A DNA stretch of 61,656 bases, the filler included, from Chiloscyllium plagiosum (taxonomy: Eukaryota): NCBI RefSeq assembly GCF_004010195.1. It is 5 parts of one record of this genome, joined end to end, with 100 filler letters (N's around TTAATTAATTAA, not from the genome) between each part and the next. Parts side by side here need not be neighbours in the genome. Positions count along the whole stretch, not along the records: positions 18,311 to 44,459 come from NC_057710.1; 4 more parts are not named here. The stretch is one strand, 5' to 3'. A program made the translations under genes and the position numbers. The notes beneath the pieces are model-generated. The model searched no databases and had not been told where the DNA came from. It was given only the letters and a program-made list of their open reading frames with translations. Below, piece by piece: positions 25,759 to 38,200 of this stretch. Position 1 is the stretch's first letter; the number at the start of each line of letters is the position of its first letter.

Positions 25759-26639
25759 CAGCTTTCTGTTTTTTTTTTGTCTCCCTCTCTTTGAATAAAG
25801 GAATTAAACTTGTTATTTTTCAATCAAATGGAACTTTCCCCAAATTTAAGGAATTTTAGAAAATTAAAACTAATGAATCAATTATCTCACAAGCTGCTAC
25901 TTCTAAGCTCCTCACATGCTGTCCATCAGGACCCAGGGGTTTGTCAGCACCCAGCTCGAGCAGTTTTCTCCATTGTTACTTCCCTGATGATTGAAATCTT
26001 CCATTTTCTGATTTACCACTTGGGATTATACATGTATACTCTTAATGAAGGCTGACACAGAATACTTGTTCAATTCATCTGTCATCATTATGAATTTCCT
26101 AAACTCACTCCATATGGGACTAATGCTTACTTTTGTAGCTCTTTTTAAAAAAAAAGTCTATAGAAGCTGCTATGATCTGTCTTTATGTAGCCAGGTAGCT
26201 TTTTCTCAAAGTCTGATTTTTTTTCGCCTACTCTAATTTTTCTTTCCTCCTTTTAGTTATTTAATTTCTGCTTTTATATAGTGTCCAATCATTTTGAACT
26301 GACATACACCTTTGCACAATTATATGCTTTTTTTTTTTGAAAGAAAGTTTGGTACTACCATTAATGTTTTAGTGAAACCCTCTTGGGTTTTTTTCTTATT
26401 GCAATGTACAAATTGGTTCAAGTTGGGCTGCAAAGTCTTCCAGGCCGTTGAGGTTACCTTGGGTGCATTCCTGTATAAGAAGAAACCAGCATGTGAGACA
26501 AAAAGATAATTCAAGCAGGAACTGAAAACAGCACAAGGCAGAATATTCTTTAAAACAGCAAAAGAAACACAGCTGTTGCATTTCCAACTTTCCGCATAGT
26601 AACCTTACATTGTCAAGACTACATGAAATCCCTTAGACG

Positions 26640-26900
26640 TCAAGAGCATTGGCAAAAGACAAGGAAATATCAAAAATAACAGCAGGAAGTTCCGGAGAAA
26701 TCCAGCAGAAAAGCAAATGACGTCGCCAACACAAGGAAACCTAAACACATAGAAAGCGGGTCACTAACAAGATTGCTTCACCGGATGCTCACTGAAGATG
26801 TTATCTCATAGGGTGACGAAACGTTTGAAAACAAACCTTCCAGCTCAGCGATCAAGCTTGCATCCAGAACCACAACTTGAAATCTTCTCCAACCTCGCTA
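26640..26900 (+). mobile_element. PLE 3' UTR fragment (family B)
   Basis: Homologous to the reverse complement of 50721-50930; contains a hammerhead motif. Confidence 0.65.
26789..26828 (+). ncRNA. Minimal hammerhead ribozyme motif (PLE family B)
   Basis: TCA CTGAAGA T GTTATC TCATAG GGTGAC GAAA CGTT TGA: stem I TCA/TGA, 6-bp stem II with G-U pairs, palindromic ACGT. Confidence 0.65.
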
Positions 26901-27784
26901 AACCCAGCGAGTCTGGCACCATCTGTGGATAGAGAAACAGAGTTCATGTTTAGAGGCTAACGCTGCTTTAGAACTGAAGGGGTTGGTCAGTGATGGTTTT
27001 AATGCCATCGGGATGTCAGCATTGCATATCAAATTCCCGAGCACAAAATGGAAAACCACAGATATCCCATCTGAACCTAAAGTCTTTACACAAACATTGG
27101 AGCAACCCTTTTTAGATTTAGCCATTCAGAACTACATAAATGATGAAAATAAGGATAGTGACAGGAAATGAGGAATTGCATGCATAAATGTTTCAGGAGG
27201 ATGAGAATGATCCTGCTAGGTCGTGGGAAATGATCAAAGTTCGGCTTTGTGGAGAAGTGAGCTTCTGGGTTCACCATCGTGAAGTTATGACTCCCAGACA
27301 ATAGCCAACGATGGAGTCATGTATAAACATAGGTGGATAATAAGATCAGCAGCTCGTCTGGCAAGTGGAAGAATCCGTAAGAAGAAAGCGTGCAGTTTTT
27401 GCACACACTGTGAACAGGGGGGACACGGTTTGGTCAAAGTCACAGTTAGTAGCGTTTGCCACTATTAACATGAAATGATCAAAGAAAAATAAGCAAGCAC
27501 ACATTCGAGATCAAAGTTGGTGTAGGTGCTCGTGCAAATATCCTACCAGTCAGAATCCTGAAAGATATATTCCTGGACCATTGGAGTCAATGATACAAGC
27601 TACAAGGTGCAAAATTAACTACAAATAATAGGGTACCCATCCTTTGCAACTGATAAAATTGTAGTATGGCTGTGCTGCATGAAAATCTCCAGTATTTTAG
27701 CTAGTGAAAACAAATGGACCACTGTCGCTGGATTACTGTGTGCATGGATCGCAATATTGTGGCTATTAGTGAGATCACCAAAAG

Positions 27785-27928
27785 GAGAAAGTGAGGACTG
27801 CAGATGCTGGAGATCAGAGCTGAAAGTGTGTTGCTGGAAAAGCGCAGCAGGTCAGGCAGCATCCAAGGAGCAGGAGAATCAACGTTTCGGGCATGAGCCC
27901 TTCCTGAAGAAACGTCTATTCTCCTGCA
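27785..27928 (-). mobile_element. Short PLE-derived insertion with a partial inverted end and 13-bp target-site duplication
   Basis: Minus-strand tail followed by plus-strand CCTGAAGAAACGTCTATTCTCCTGC; flanked by AGATCACCAAAAG (27772-27784) and AGATTACCAAAAG (27929-27941). Confidence 0.75.
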
Positions 27929-29694
27929 AGATTACCAAAAGACCAGGAACATTTGTATTCAGTCCAGGATTAGCAACAATTGTATCCAGACAAAATTGAT
28001 ACCATAGGAGCCATCAAAAGTTGATTGCACCTCATTTCACCTGCATTGTACCTCCAGAAGATTTCTGTCTGTTGGACTACCCAGAAATTGCAAACCGAAG
28101 AGAAAATTAAGAATAAGCTGAGTGATCTATGTTGTAATAGAAAAGTCAGTTGTATACATTATACAGACTGGCGCATTTCTATTATGTGTGAAAGATACAG
28201 AAAGATGGCACAATCAGATTATGTTTGGATGTGAGCCGTTTTAACACTCTCAATCTTGCAGGGTAGGGATCCATTTACTGGCGGGAGTTAACCTGTGTGA
28301 CATTGGGAGTGGGCAGCTGGGTGAGCGGTTTGCAGCTTCAGTAGACTCAGCTGGTAGCGCAGACTCCAGCTCCTCCTGCCAGAGCAGGCCGGGTCACCAG
28401 GCAGGTGACAAAGAACGACATCACAGATTGTGATGGCTCCAGTGATGGTGGTTCAGACAAACACAAACAGAATGCTGAAGAAAGTCAGCAAGTCTGGCGG
28501 CACATGTGGAGAGAAAGCAGAGTTAATATTTCAAATCCAGCATGATACTCCTCTTCAGAATCAGCAATCATTAGACTAATTGTCCCTTTACTAGGGCTGG
28601 TCTGCACCTGATTGGCTGCTCAGCTGTGAATCATGGGGTATTCGACCAATGAGCTCGGCTCTGACCTGAGTACCTCAGTAACCACTTTCCGTGGCCCTGT
28701 TGCAAATCCACTGTGGGCTCCTCCATTACAGCAGACTCCACTGGCTGCCTACAGTCCACAGTTTGGAATGCTCTGAATTAAACACTTTTATTGCGCTGAA
28801 TTGGTCATAGACCATGGCCAAATGGTAACTATTCCCATTGTAGAAATGACCTCTCCATAAAATTGGTGGGATGGAAATGCATTATGGAGTCAGGCAAATG
28901 GGACTTCCCCTCATTTCCAGACCCCCCTCCTACCATCACAAGCCATTGAGATTGAAAGTAACGATGACCCTTGTGGGCTCTCAGCTGAAGAAAATGTGAA
29001 TTAACCACAGTGAATGACAAAAAAAAATCAAGACAATCAGTTTTGTGCTTCGTGTTCGAGTAGCAGTTAACAGGACTGTGGGAATAGCTCCACTGCAACA
29101 GGTCACAAAGCTGCTTCACTGGCACCTACTCCGAGGCAACGGATGTTGTGAATAAATGCTGGCCTTACCCATGACGCCCACATCTCAAGAAAAGAGAAGT
29201 ATATTTGACTAACTAACAAGACAGGCAATGTTTGCTTCGTTTGGCTGACCGAGATTAGAACCCAGAAAACGCAGGGACAGAGTAGTTTAGTGAAGCTGGG
29301 GTTGTGCTGAAGTGCGTTTTGTGTCGTGGGAAGCACAGAGCCAGGAAGGAAGTGGGATCAACCAGAGCTGGCTTAGGCCACGATGGAGCACCTCTGAAGA
29401 GGGAGTTTCAAAGTCAGATTGGCCAAAGTGAAGGATTGGAATCCCTTGTGGAGTTCTGTTGAGGTTTGGTAACTCACGCAGCCATGAACATATGGGGGAG
29501 ATAGTTGAGAGAGTGATGTCATCAGCCTTTACTGCACTCGAACTGAACTGTGGGGTGTTCCATCGCAATCTACTACCCATCGTTACCAAATGTTGATTTC
29601 GTGTTTTAGAAATAAATTGTGTATTGTAGAATGTTTAACTCTTGAAATGTGTAATATTGTGTGTTCAAAACAGTGGAATCCTGTGGCTTTATTC

Positions 29695-31162
29695 AGACCT
29701 CCATCAGACCAAAGGGGTAGCCATGGGCACCTGCAAGGGCCCCAGCTATGCCTGCCTCTTAGGGTACATGGAACAGTCCATCTTCCGCAGTTACACCGGC
29801 ACCATCCCCCAGCTTTTCCCTCCACTACATTGATGACTGTATCAGTGTCACTTCATGCTCCCATGCGAAGGTTGAACAGTTCATCAACGTCCCTAACACC
29901 TTCCACCTGACCTCAAGTTCACCTGGACATCTTGAAGACTTCCCTTAAAGGATCTCTCTGTCTCCATCACCAGCAACCGACTGACTCAACATTGACCTCT
30001 GTTGCAAACTCACTGACTCCCACCACCCCCTCCCTTGTAAAAATGTGATCATTTATTCTCAATTCCTCCGCCTCAGCCATGTCTCACGTTAGCAATCCCA
30101 CTCCAGGACATCCCAGATGGCCTTCTATTTCAATTACCACAATTTCCCCTCCCAACAATGCCCTCCAGTGCATTTCCTCCACTTCCTGCATCCCTCTCCT
30201 TGAACCCCACCCCTCCAACCGCAATAAGGACAGAGCCACTTGGTCCTCACCTTCTACCCCACTAATCTCCGATACAACACGTTTTCCCTGCCATTTCTGC
30301 CATCTACAATCACACTCCACTACCAGAGAGATATTTCCCTCCCCACCCCTATCTGTGTTCCACAGAGACCATTCCCTCCATGACTCTCTCGTTAGGTTCA
30401 CACATACACACACGCATGCACGCACACACCCCACCCTCCACTCCTGGCACCTTCCCTTGCCACCGCAAGAGGTGTAAACACTGTGCCCACACCTCCCCAC
30501 CTCTCCTCTGTCCAGTACCTAAAAGGATCCTTCCACATCAGGCAGAGATTTTCCTGCACATCCAAACACCTCATCTACTGTGTCCGTTGCTCTAGATGTG
30601 GTCATCTCCACATTGGGGCGACAGGGCCCCCAACATGTGGAACGTTTCAGAGAACATCTCTGGGACACAACCCAACAAACCCACCGCCCTGTGGCTGACC
30701 ACTTTAACTCCCCCTCCCAGTCCGCCAAGGACATGCAAATCCTGGGCCGCCTCCACTGGCAAATCCAAGCCGCCGATGTCTGGAGGAAGAACGCTTCACC
30801 TTCCACCATGGGACCCTCCAACCACAGGACCCTCCACCATGGGACCCTCCAACCACAGGATCAATGTTGATTTCACCAGTTTCCTCATCTCTCCTCCTTC
30901 CACCTCATCCCAGATCCAACCCTCCAACTCAGCACCACCCTGTTAAACTGCCCAACCTGTCCATTGTCCTTCCAACCTATCCACTCCACTCCAACCTTTC
31001 ACATCACCCCCCCCCCACCTGCATTTACCTATCGCCTTCCCAGCGACCTTCCCCTCCACCCCGTCCCCACATTCCTGATGAAGGGCTTATGCTCGAAATG
31101 TCGACTCTCCTGCCCCTCGGATGCTGTCTGACCGGCTGTGCTTTTCCAGCCCTGCACTTCTC
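29695..31162 (+). mobile_element. Penelope-like element, 5'-truncated (RT + GIY-YIG pseudogene)
   Basis: QTKGVAMGT..PSYACL..YMEQSIF (PLE RT), HLIYCVRCSRCGHLHIG (GIY-YIG), ERFREHL, PVADHFNS; frameshifted. Flanked by the direct repeat GGCTTTATTC at 29685-29694 and 31163-31172. Confidence 0.92.
31072..31105 (+). ncRNA. Minimal hammerhead motif at the PLE 3' end (family A)
   Basis: TTC CTGATGA A GGGC TTAT GCTC GAAA TGTC GAC. Confidence 0.6.
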
Positions 31163-31559
31163 GGCTTTATTCTCTTTGTAAGTCCCTTGGTCTTGCCTTT
31201 GGGCTACTTTTCAAAACAAAGTTTGTTATTCTGTAATTAGTTTGGAGCATAATTTGGTGTCCTAACTATGATCATAACAAAAGTTAGCGATCTGGTCTGG
31301 GGAATTATAGCACAGTTAAATCTTTGAATACTACAGCAACTTTAATTGAGTGAGTAATGCTCAAGAGTAGGAGGTGGAAAGCCACTGCTGTGGTTATGCA
31401 GGATGTGTAAGGACTTTATAAGTGTTTTCTAAATCTGTCATTATGGCTTCTCCAGATTCTTTGTGTCAACAGTTACAAAGTTACTTCGAAGAAGAAAAGA
31501 ATTTGCATTTTTCAATATCTGAGGACATCCCAAAGTTCTACATAATCCAGACAATGGAG

Positions 31560-31790
31560 GAGCCAGTTTTTACATCACACTGCCCCACAAATGAAATGAA
31601 AACCAAATCATTTCATCCAGTTATTTTGGTTGAGGGATAAATATTGACCCAATCACTGAGAAGATTGCGCTGCAGCGCTTTAAAACTTTGCACAAGCTCT
31701 TTTCCTTTCACCCGAGAGGGCAGATAGTGCTTCGATTTTAAGTCACAGTCAAAATAACGCCACTCCAACAATGCAGCATTCTCTCAATGC
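31560..31790 (+). mobile_element. Degenerate Deu-domain SINE (SacSINE1/AmnSINE1-like)
   Basis: CACCCGAGAGGGCAGATAGTGCTTCGATTTTAAGTC...CTCCAACAATGCAGCATTCTCTCA resembles the recalled Deu-domain consensus. Confidence 0.5.
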
Positions 31791-32046
31791 AGCATTCACT
31801 CATTGCAGCATTCTCCAACAATGCAGCATTCTCCAACAATGCAGCATTCTCCAAATGCAGCATTCTCCAAATGCAGCATTCTCCAACAATGCAGCATTCT
31901 CTCAATGCAGCATTCTCCAACAATGCAGCATTCTCCAACAATGCAGCATTCTCCAACAATGCAGCAATCTCTCAATGCAGCAATCTCTCAATGCAGCATT
32001 CTCTCAATGCAGCATTCTCCAACAATGCAGCATTCTCTCAATGCTC
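31763..32046. repeat. Minisatellite of 16-18-bp units with core AATGCAGCATT
   Basis: About 16 copies of AATGCAGCATTCTC(CAAC/TC/CA); explains the periodic ORFs in several frames. Confidence 0.95.
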
Positions 32047-32309
32047 TACTACCCAGAGTAGGGATTGGACCTGTAACACCTCAAACAAAACTAAATGTAC
32101 AAGTACATCAAAATACATCAGGGTATTTTGTGAGAGGGTTGAAGGACACAATGTACCCTGATGCCGCTGGACAAAACATAGTGAAGGTCTTTGAAGGCAT
32201 CAAGAGACACCTTTTGAAACTTAGGGAGAATAGCAAATTGGAGGATTAGTGCAGAATATCTGTTCATCATGGACAGTCCCTCAGGATTGAAGATATATTA
32301 CTCCCATTT

Positions 32310-32470
32310 GTTTTAAATACAGTTCTCTGGGCTGGAAGGATCCAAGGGTATGGGGAGAAAGCAGGGATGCGGTATTGTGTTGGATGGTCAGCGATGATCA
32401 TATTGAGTGGTGGAGCAGGCTTGACGGACTGAATGGCCTAATTCTGTTCCTGTTTTCTCTGTTTCTATGT
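32310..32470 (+). mobile_element. CR1 3' end remnant
   Basis: AAGGGTATGGGGAGAAAGCAGG...GGACTGAATGGCCTA...GTTTCTATGT. Confidence 0.6.
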
Positions 32471-32479
32471 CTGTGTTAT

Positions 32480-33160
32480 GATGGGTTTGAAGGTGGTTGG
32501 TCTTAACGTTCCTTGTGATTGTCACGTGAACCTCCAAGGTCCTTGTGTGGAGATGGCAGCTTCCGGAAACGGAGCCCATTCATTGGCACACTGATTGACG
32601 TAATGTCGCATTGCTCAGAGGGATCTTTGGCTGATGTGTCCAATACCTGAACTGCAGACTCTGCCAGACTGGTGTCCTTTGAAGGATCAAGCCAATGAGT
32701 GATTTGGCACTTAATGTAGCTTGTTTTTTGATCCTTCAACTTCTCCTCCACATATTGCTGACAAAGTTTTACTCTACCTTCAGTACCTTCCTGAGACTGT
32801 CACTGTTTTGGTTGGTTACATAGTAAGGACTGCTCAGAGCTTGAGGGTGTTTGACCTCTTCATGAATGACCCGATGATACCCGAGTCCCAAGGAGATCAA
32901 ATGCTTCTGAGTCTCGTGTCAAACAAAGTGGAACTGGTTTTCATGATTTGGGTCTTGACGATGGATGCTGCTGTCGGATTGTCCGTCTTGCCACAGGATT
33001 CTGAGGATCTTGTGACGCCTTCAATGCTTTGAGGTGCCTTCTGCAAGTCTCCAAGCACTTAGGAGGGTCACGGCTGTTTGCTAAATTATGACCTTTGTCT
33101 TGGATTTGAGATCTGAGTCCTGAAACACTCTTTTACAACAGTCGGCTGAATGATGAGCTG
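32480..33160 (-). mobile_element. Degenerate RTE-clade LINE C-terminal fragment
   Basis: Minus strand GGAGACTTG..AGGCACCTCAAAGCATTG..AAGATCCTCAGAATCCTGTGGCAAGAC resembles the RTE motif ETW..RHLKALE..RKILQI.WQD. Confidence 0.5.
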
Positions 33161-33269
33161 ATATTTGGAGATGATGATGAATATAATTGAGCATTATGAC
33201 TCCGTGCTATTCTCCTGCCTTTTCTGGATAACCATGAATGTTGTAATGATTAAAATAATCACCTATGCC

Positions 33270-33832
33270 CTCTTGAAAGCCTCAGTTGAACTTGCCTCCA
33301 TCACCCCCCCCCCACCTCCCTGTTTATCTGCAGCTCCCCTTACACTCACCCCCAGCCCTAAAGAAGAGTTACGCCTGATGCGTTGTCCTCCCCCTCCTGG
33401 TGTTGCCTGGCTGCTTGTTTGGTCAGCCTCCTGCTTGTCTACTCCATCATACTGGCAGGCAGTGTGTTCAACACCTTAACCACTTGCTGTGTGAATAAGT
33501 TTTTCTCTCTCTCACTTGCTGCTTTTGTCAATGACCTTGTATTATTGTCCACTTGTTTTTGATCCTTTTATGAGGGGGAACAGTTTCTCCCTATCCATTC
33601 TCCCTATCCATCACTGTCACTGGTTTTGACTATTTCTATCAGCTCCACTCTGCAAGATAAACTATCCCAACTTCTTCAGTCCTCAATCCTCACACAGGGT
33701 CATCTTTGGAACCATTCTTGTCAACCTCTCCTACACTTTGGCTAATGAGTCCACATCCTTCCTAAAGTGCGGCGCCGTGAACTATGCACAGTATTGCTAC
33801 TGAGGTCTAACTGGTGTCTTGTACAAGTTCAA
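33270..33832 (-). mobile_element. Old CR1 fragment with an embedded PLE-tail insert (about 33310-33445)
   Basis: CACATCCTTCCTAAAGTGCGGCG...AACTATGCACAGTATT is the reverse complement of the EYCVQFW.P.L.KD coding region. Confidence 0.55.
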
Positions 33833-34827
33833 GAGTTGATGTACTTTTTGAGATAATGTGTGTTGATGGAGCAAAAAAATGTCTTTGGCAGAATATGCAG
33901 AAACGTTTTGTATTCGGATGATTTATGGTCTGGAGAACCTAAAAAAAACGCTTTGAAATGCTAATGTTATGATGGGATCAATTGTTTTTCTAAACTAGAT
34001 CTTGTTAGTGTTGAACAATCCTTTATGTACTGTTGTATCGTACAGAAATGTCGATTTAATTTTTATTCACTGGCTCTTTTTAAAAAAAAAGTTGTCAGTG
34101 ACTAGAAATTGAAAAATTGGCCTTAAAACCTTTTCTAGACTTAATAGAGCATACACTGGTGGCTGTTTCCTATGGAAACGTGTAATTCTGTCTGTCCTCA
34201 TTTTATAGTTGGGGATGTTTTGGATGTAAACTGATGGAAATAGCTCACGATGATAATTGGCTTGTTCATGTAGCTGCTTTCTGCAGATTCTAGTGCAAAT
34301 TGAACTGTAAAATCTTTTTTCAGAATGCAACAGAATGAATGCATGCCTGTCTTGTGCAGAGTCAGCAATCTTTTAACATACACCGGGACTGCTCAGAAGT
34401 TTGAGGCACTTGATCACTCATCCATTACTGTTCCACTTTTCATTTGTGAAGGATTGTATTGAGAACATTATGATTGACGGAATGTTTTCTTTTCGGCAAT
34501 TAACTCTGTTCAATGCTGAATACTCCACTTGGGTTTTTAACTCTTATTTTAAATTGAGAGGAATACAAGTAGCTATTTCATGAGCTCCTAATTGTGAGTG
34601 TTGTGATTATATAACTCAGCAGGAGCATGTCCAACATTTTACAATTGGCAGTGGAGAGTCTGTTGTGCGTTTTGAGAAGGGGAAACAATTTTGGTTATCC
34701 CTGGCAGTTGATTTAATGGAAAAATGCAACATTGGAAACTTTTTTCCCCTCATTCTCCAAGTTCCTGCTGAGGTGTCATTCCTCATCCAACAGCAGAATT
34801 CTAGCACATTGCCCACACAACTACTTG

Positions 34828-35260
34828 TAGATTAGATTCCCAAAGTGTGGAGACAGGCCCTTTAGCCCAACAATCCACATTGAGCCTCTGAAAACTAACC
34901 CTCCCAGACCTATTTTCCCCTGACTCATGCACCTAACACTGTGGACAATTTAGCATGGCCAAATCACCTGACCTGCACATCTTTGGACTGTGGGAGGAAA
35001 CCGGAGCACCCGGAGGACACCCACACAGACACGGGGAGAATGTGCAAACTCCACAGAGAGGCTGAAATTGAACCCGGGTCTGTGGCGCTGTGAGGCAGCA
35101 CTGCTAACTAAGCACATCTTTGGACTGTGGGAGGAAACCAGAGCACCCGGAGGAAACCCTCGCAGACACAGGGAGAATGTGCAAACTCCACACAGAGAGG
35201 CTGAAATCGAACCCGGGTCTGTGGCGCTGTGAGGCAGCACTGCTAACTAAGCCACCGTTC
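34828..35260 (-). mobile_element. HE1-type SINE with an internal 137-bp tandem duplication
   Basis: GCACATCTTTGGACTGTGGG starts at both 34975 and 35112. Confidence 0.88.
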
Positions 35261-38200
35261 CTGCCCTGTGGCGACAGTAAGGAGGCTATTCAGACGTAGA
35301 GGATATCCCAGGTTAGCAGAGACTAGCTCTTGTCATTTTTCTCTAGGATACCTTTGTTGATTTTTAAATGGTGACTACTTGGATTTAATTGGCTCTTCAA
35401 GATTTAAACATTGACGTTAGATTCCAAACTATTGTTGAATCAGGAATTTGAAAACGTGCTGTACTCCACCATATTAAAGAAACAAGAGACATTGAGCTGT
35501 GGAAACTGCCAGGAATCTAGCAATGAAAACAGTTTGCCTCCATTCCCTCCACATTACTGACCTCCAGTAGCTAAAAAAATTTAAATCCTGGAGTAAGTGG
35601 CTCTTTTCTACAGATAACACCTTTTTTTTTCCCCACAAAGCAAGGCATGCACAGTGCCAGACAAATGAAAGGCTTGAATGCAGATGGACACTTGCAAAGC
35701 AGAAACCTTAAAGGAGCAGTGAAAGCTGGATTTTAAGTCATGTTCTGTCTGCCTTAACCTCAGATTTCTTGACATCAAAATGTGCTCACAAACAAGTTTG
35801 TTGGACAGATATGAAAGAGGAATAAAGCTGGTGGAAAGGATGTTACTGCTTTTGTTCTGTCAGTGGTTGTTATTGCAGTGGCAGTTTGTCAACATGAAAG
35901 CCAGGAGCCAAGCCCAATAGTAGGGTTGTAGAAGGAAAAGTAACTTTTTTTTTAGAATGCTGGAAAATAATAATAAATAAACGTGAGAAAGCCAGCAGTG
36001 TTTGTTATTCACACACTCCCTCTCACACCCTCAAAGGTCTCCATCCACCCCCCTCCGCATTCAGCCCTTTTCCTGATCAGTGTCTCTCTCTCTCATCTGC
36101 AGGGGATCCACTGTCAAAATGGCTTCCCATTGATGGATCTCAGTGTCAGGATCATCCCAGCTCTTCTTATACATTGAGATAGGAGGGTTGTTTTATGTGA
36201 GGTTGGCAAGGAGACTGTGGACTTAAATTATTTTTCCTTGTAGGCAGCTGGTAGAAATAGCCCTCGTCCTCACTCTTCTTCTGAATAAAAACTCATAACT
36301 CTGAAAGAAATTTCAGAAGTATAACTCCAAATGAAGGAAGAAAGTGTCAACTTGCTGTTGATTCCAAGTTGTGAGAGTCTGCTCTGAAGATAATTTGCTC
36401 TGTAAAATAAAACAAAGAACTGTGGATGCTGGAAATCCAACTTCCCCTCTCTTTTCCCCCCCACCCCAAACCACCCCCCCCCAAAAAAAAATTTAGCAGC
36501 ATCTGTGCAAAGAGAAACAGTTAAAGTTCCGACTTCAGGGACCCTTCTTTTCTGACAGAAAAGGACAGATTCAGGTTGTCTGCAATGTTCAAAATATTTA
36601 AGGGCAGTGGATAAATTTGCCCTCAAAATTCTCAAGTGAAAAATCAAGAACCTGAGGCAGAACATTCCATAAAGGTCACCGCTTTAAATATTACCTGAGT
36701 TCCAGGCTCTTCCATAGTCTAAATGTGGTTAAATATTTGCAGGTCTAAGCATCTCCCTGAAAATGGGAAAATGATGCAGACTGACAAAGGATCACTACAA
36801 CATTAACTCTGTTTCTGTCTCCACAGATGCTGCCAGACCTGTTGAGTTTCTGCTTTTGTTTGAGCTGCTTTTGGCTTTTTCTCTGTCTTCACAAGGAAAA
36901 GGATTTTTTTCCTTTTTGGTTTTAATTCTCTAGTTTCTCCTCCGCTGCACTGATCTCGGATTCCCAGTTTCCAGCCCCTGTTGTGGGTACGTAGATAGAG
37001 GGGATCCTTGGTTCTGTCTCTGGAGGAGCAGTCAAAGCAGAAAGGAGGCAACCTGTGCTTGAAGGAGTTGGAGCAGCAGAATCGAGGGACAGAATGGATA
37101 GTTTTCAAAGCAGGTCCATGCAGATTCTGCTTCTCTCTTGCTGCTCCTACATTCAAACTCTGCATTATTTTCCCGCTTTCAATGAAATATCTGGACCTGC
37201 AATTGTTTCCCACATTTGAACTATGGAGGAACCTTATTGCAAGGTATTGGGTAGAGGGATGATCTTCATTGAGTTGCATTCCCACTGCCCCCCACCACCA
37301 CCTCACTCCTTTTGCTTCTGAGCTTTGGCAAATTTGCCCACTGCCCAAATGTATTTTGAACACTGCAGTAAGGTCTGATTCTACCCTTTTTCTGTCAAAC
37401 CACCTGACAATAGCAATAATAGTTCCTGAATAATAATCTTAAACTGAATCCTGGCTGATTTCCATGTTTTCCAGTCCAGGGATGTGAACAGTGACTAATC
37501 TGCGCTTAGCACCTTTGTTTACAAAGCATCCCAAGATGTTTCACAGAAACCTTATCAAAAGGAATTTGGAGCTAAATCACATAGTGAGCTGAAGATTAAT
37601 GAGAATTAGGGTAGGTTTTACAGTGCATCTTAAAAAAAGGAGGGATAGGTAGATCGGTTTTGAGTGAATTCCTTAGCTTTTTATTTTTGTGGTTTTGTTA
37701 TCGAGTCATGGGATGCCATTAATGTGTCATCAAATTGTTTAAAAAAAAACTGTCCAATTAAGTGGTTAGAGGGAAAGATGATTTATTATGGAGGGATAAT
37801 TCTGAAGATGAAAGAGTCTAACCTGGTCCAGAGTTAAGATCCTTACAATTGGTGCCATATCCAAGTGACTCGGAATGAATTCAGTCAACTGTTTGCATTG
37901 GATGTTGAGGGCAATGAATTTATTGATTTTAAAACATTTTGATTGTGGTTAAGGGTAATTTTGTGGAATGAGTTCATTCAATAAAGCTGCCACATTAATT
38001 TAATAAGAATATGATGCAATGTGTTTCATATTTCGAAATGCTGACTACCCATCCTGGCAGGGCTCACATTTTATATTCCCCGCACACGTCAACCCGTGTT
38101 TTATAAAGGATTTTCAGAGGCTTCAAACATTACCTAGTTCACAAGTGGACAAGTCAATGTGTTTTGTTGAAGTCTAATTATGTTATTTCTATTGTTAGTA

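Larger units (their letters stand above)
29195..31279 (+). mobile_element. Probable solo LTR interrupted by the PLE at 29695-31162
   Basis: AATAAA near 29611; the sequence resumes after the duplicated target site and ends GATCATAACA at 31279; 5' boundary uncertain. Confidence 0.35.

Noticed and set aside
31738..32249. Repetitive ORFs (MQHSPT, NAAFSN, QCSILQ) and a CRISPR-like look
   Set aside because: Translations of a head-to-tail minisatellite; there are no unique spacers and no cas genes, and the DNA is eukaryotic.
36803..37363. 186-aa minus-strand ORF
   Set aside because: Non-ATG start, ends in a PLE-tail-like repeat, and has no recognisable domain.
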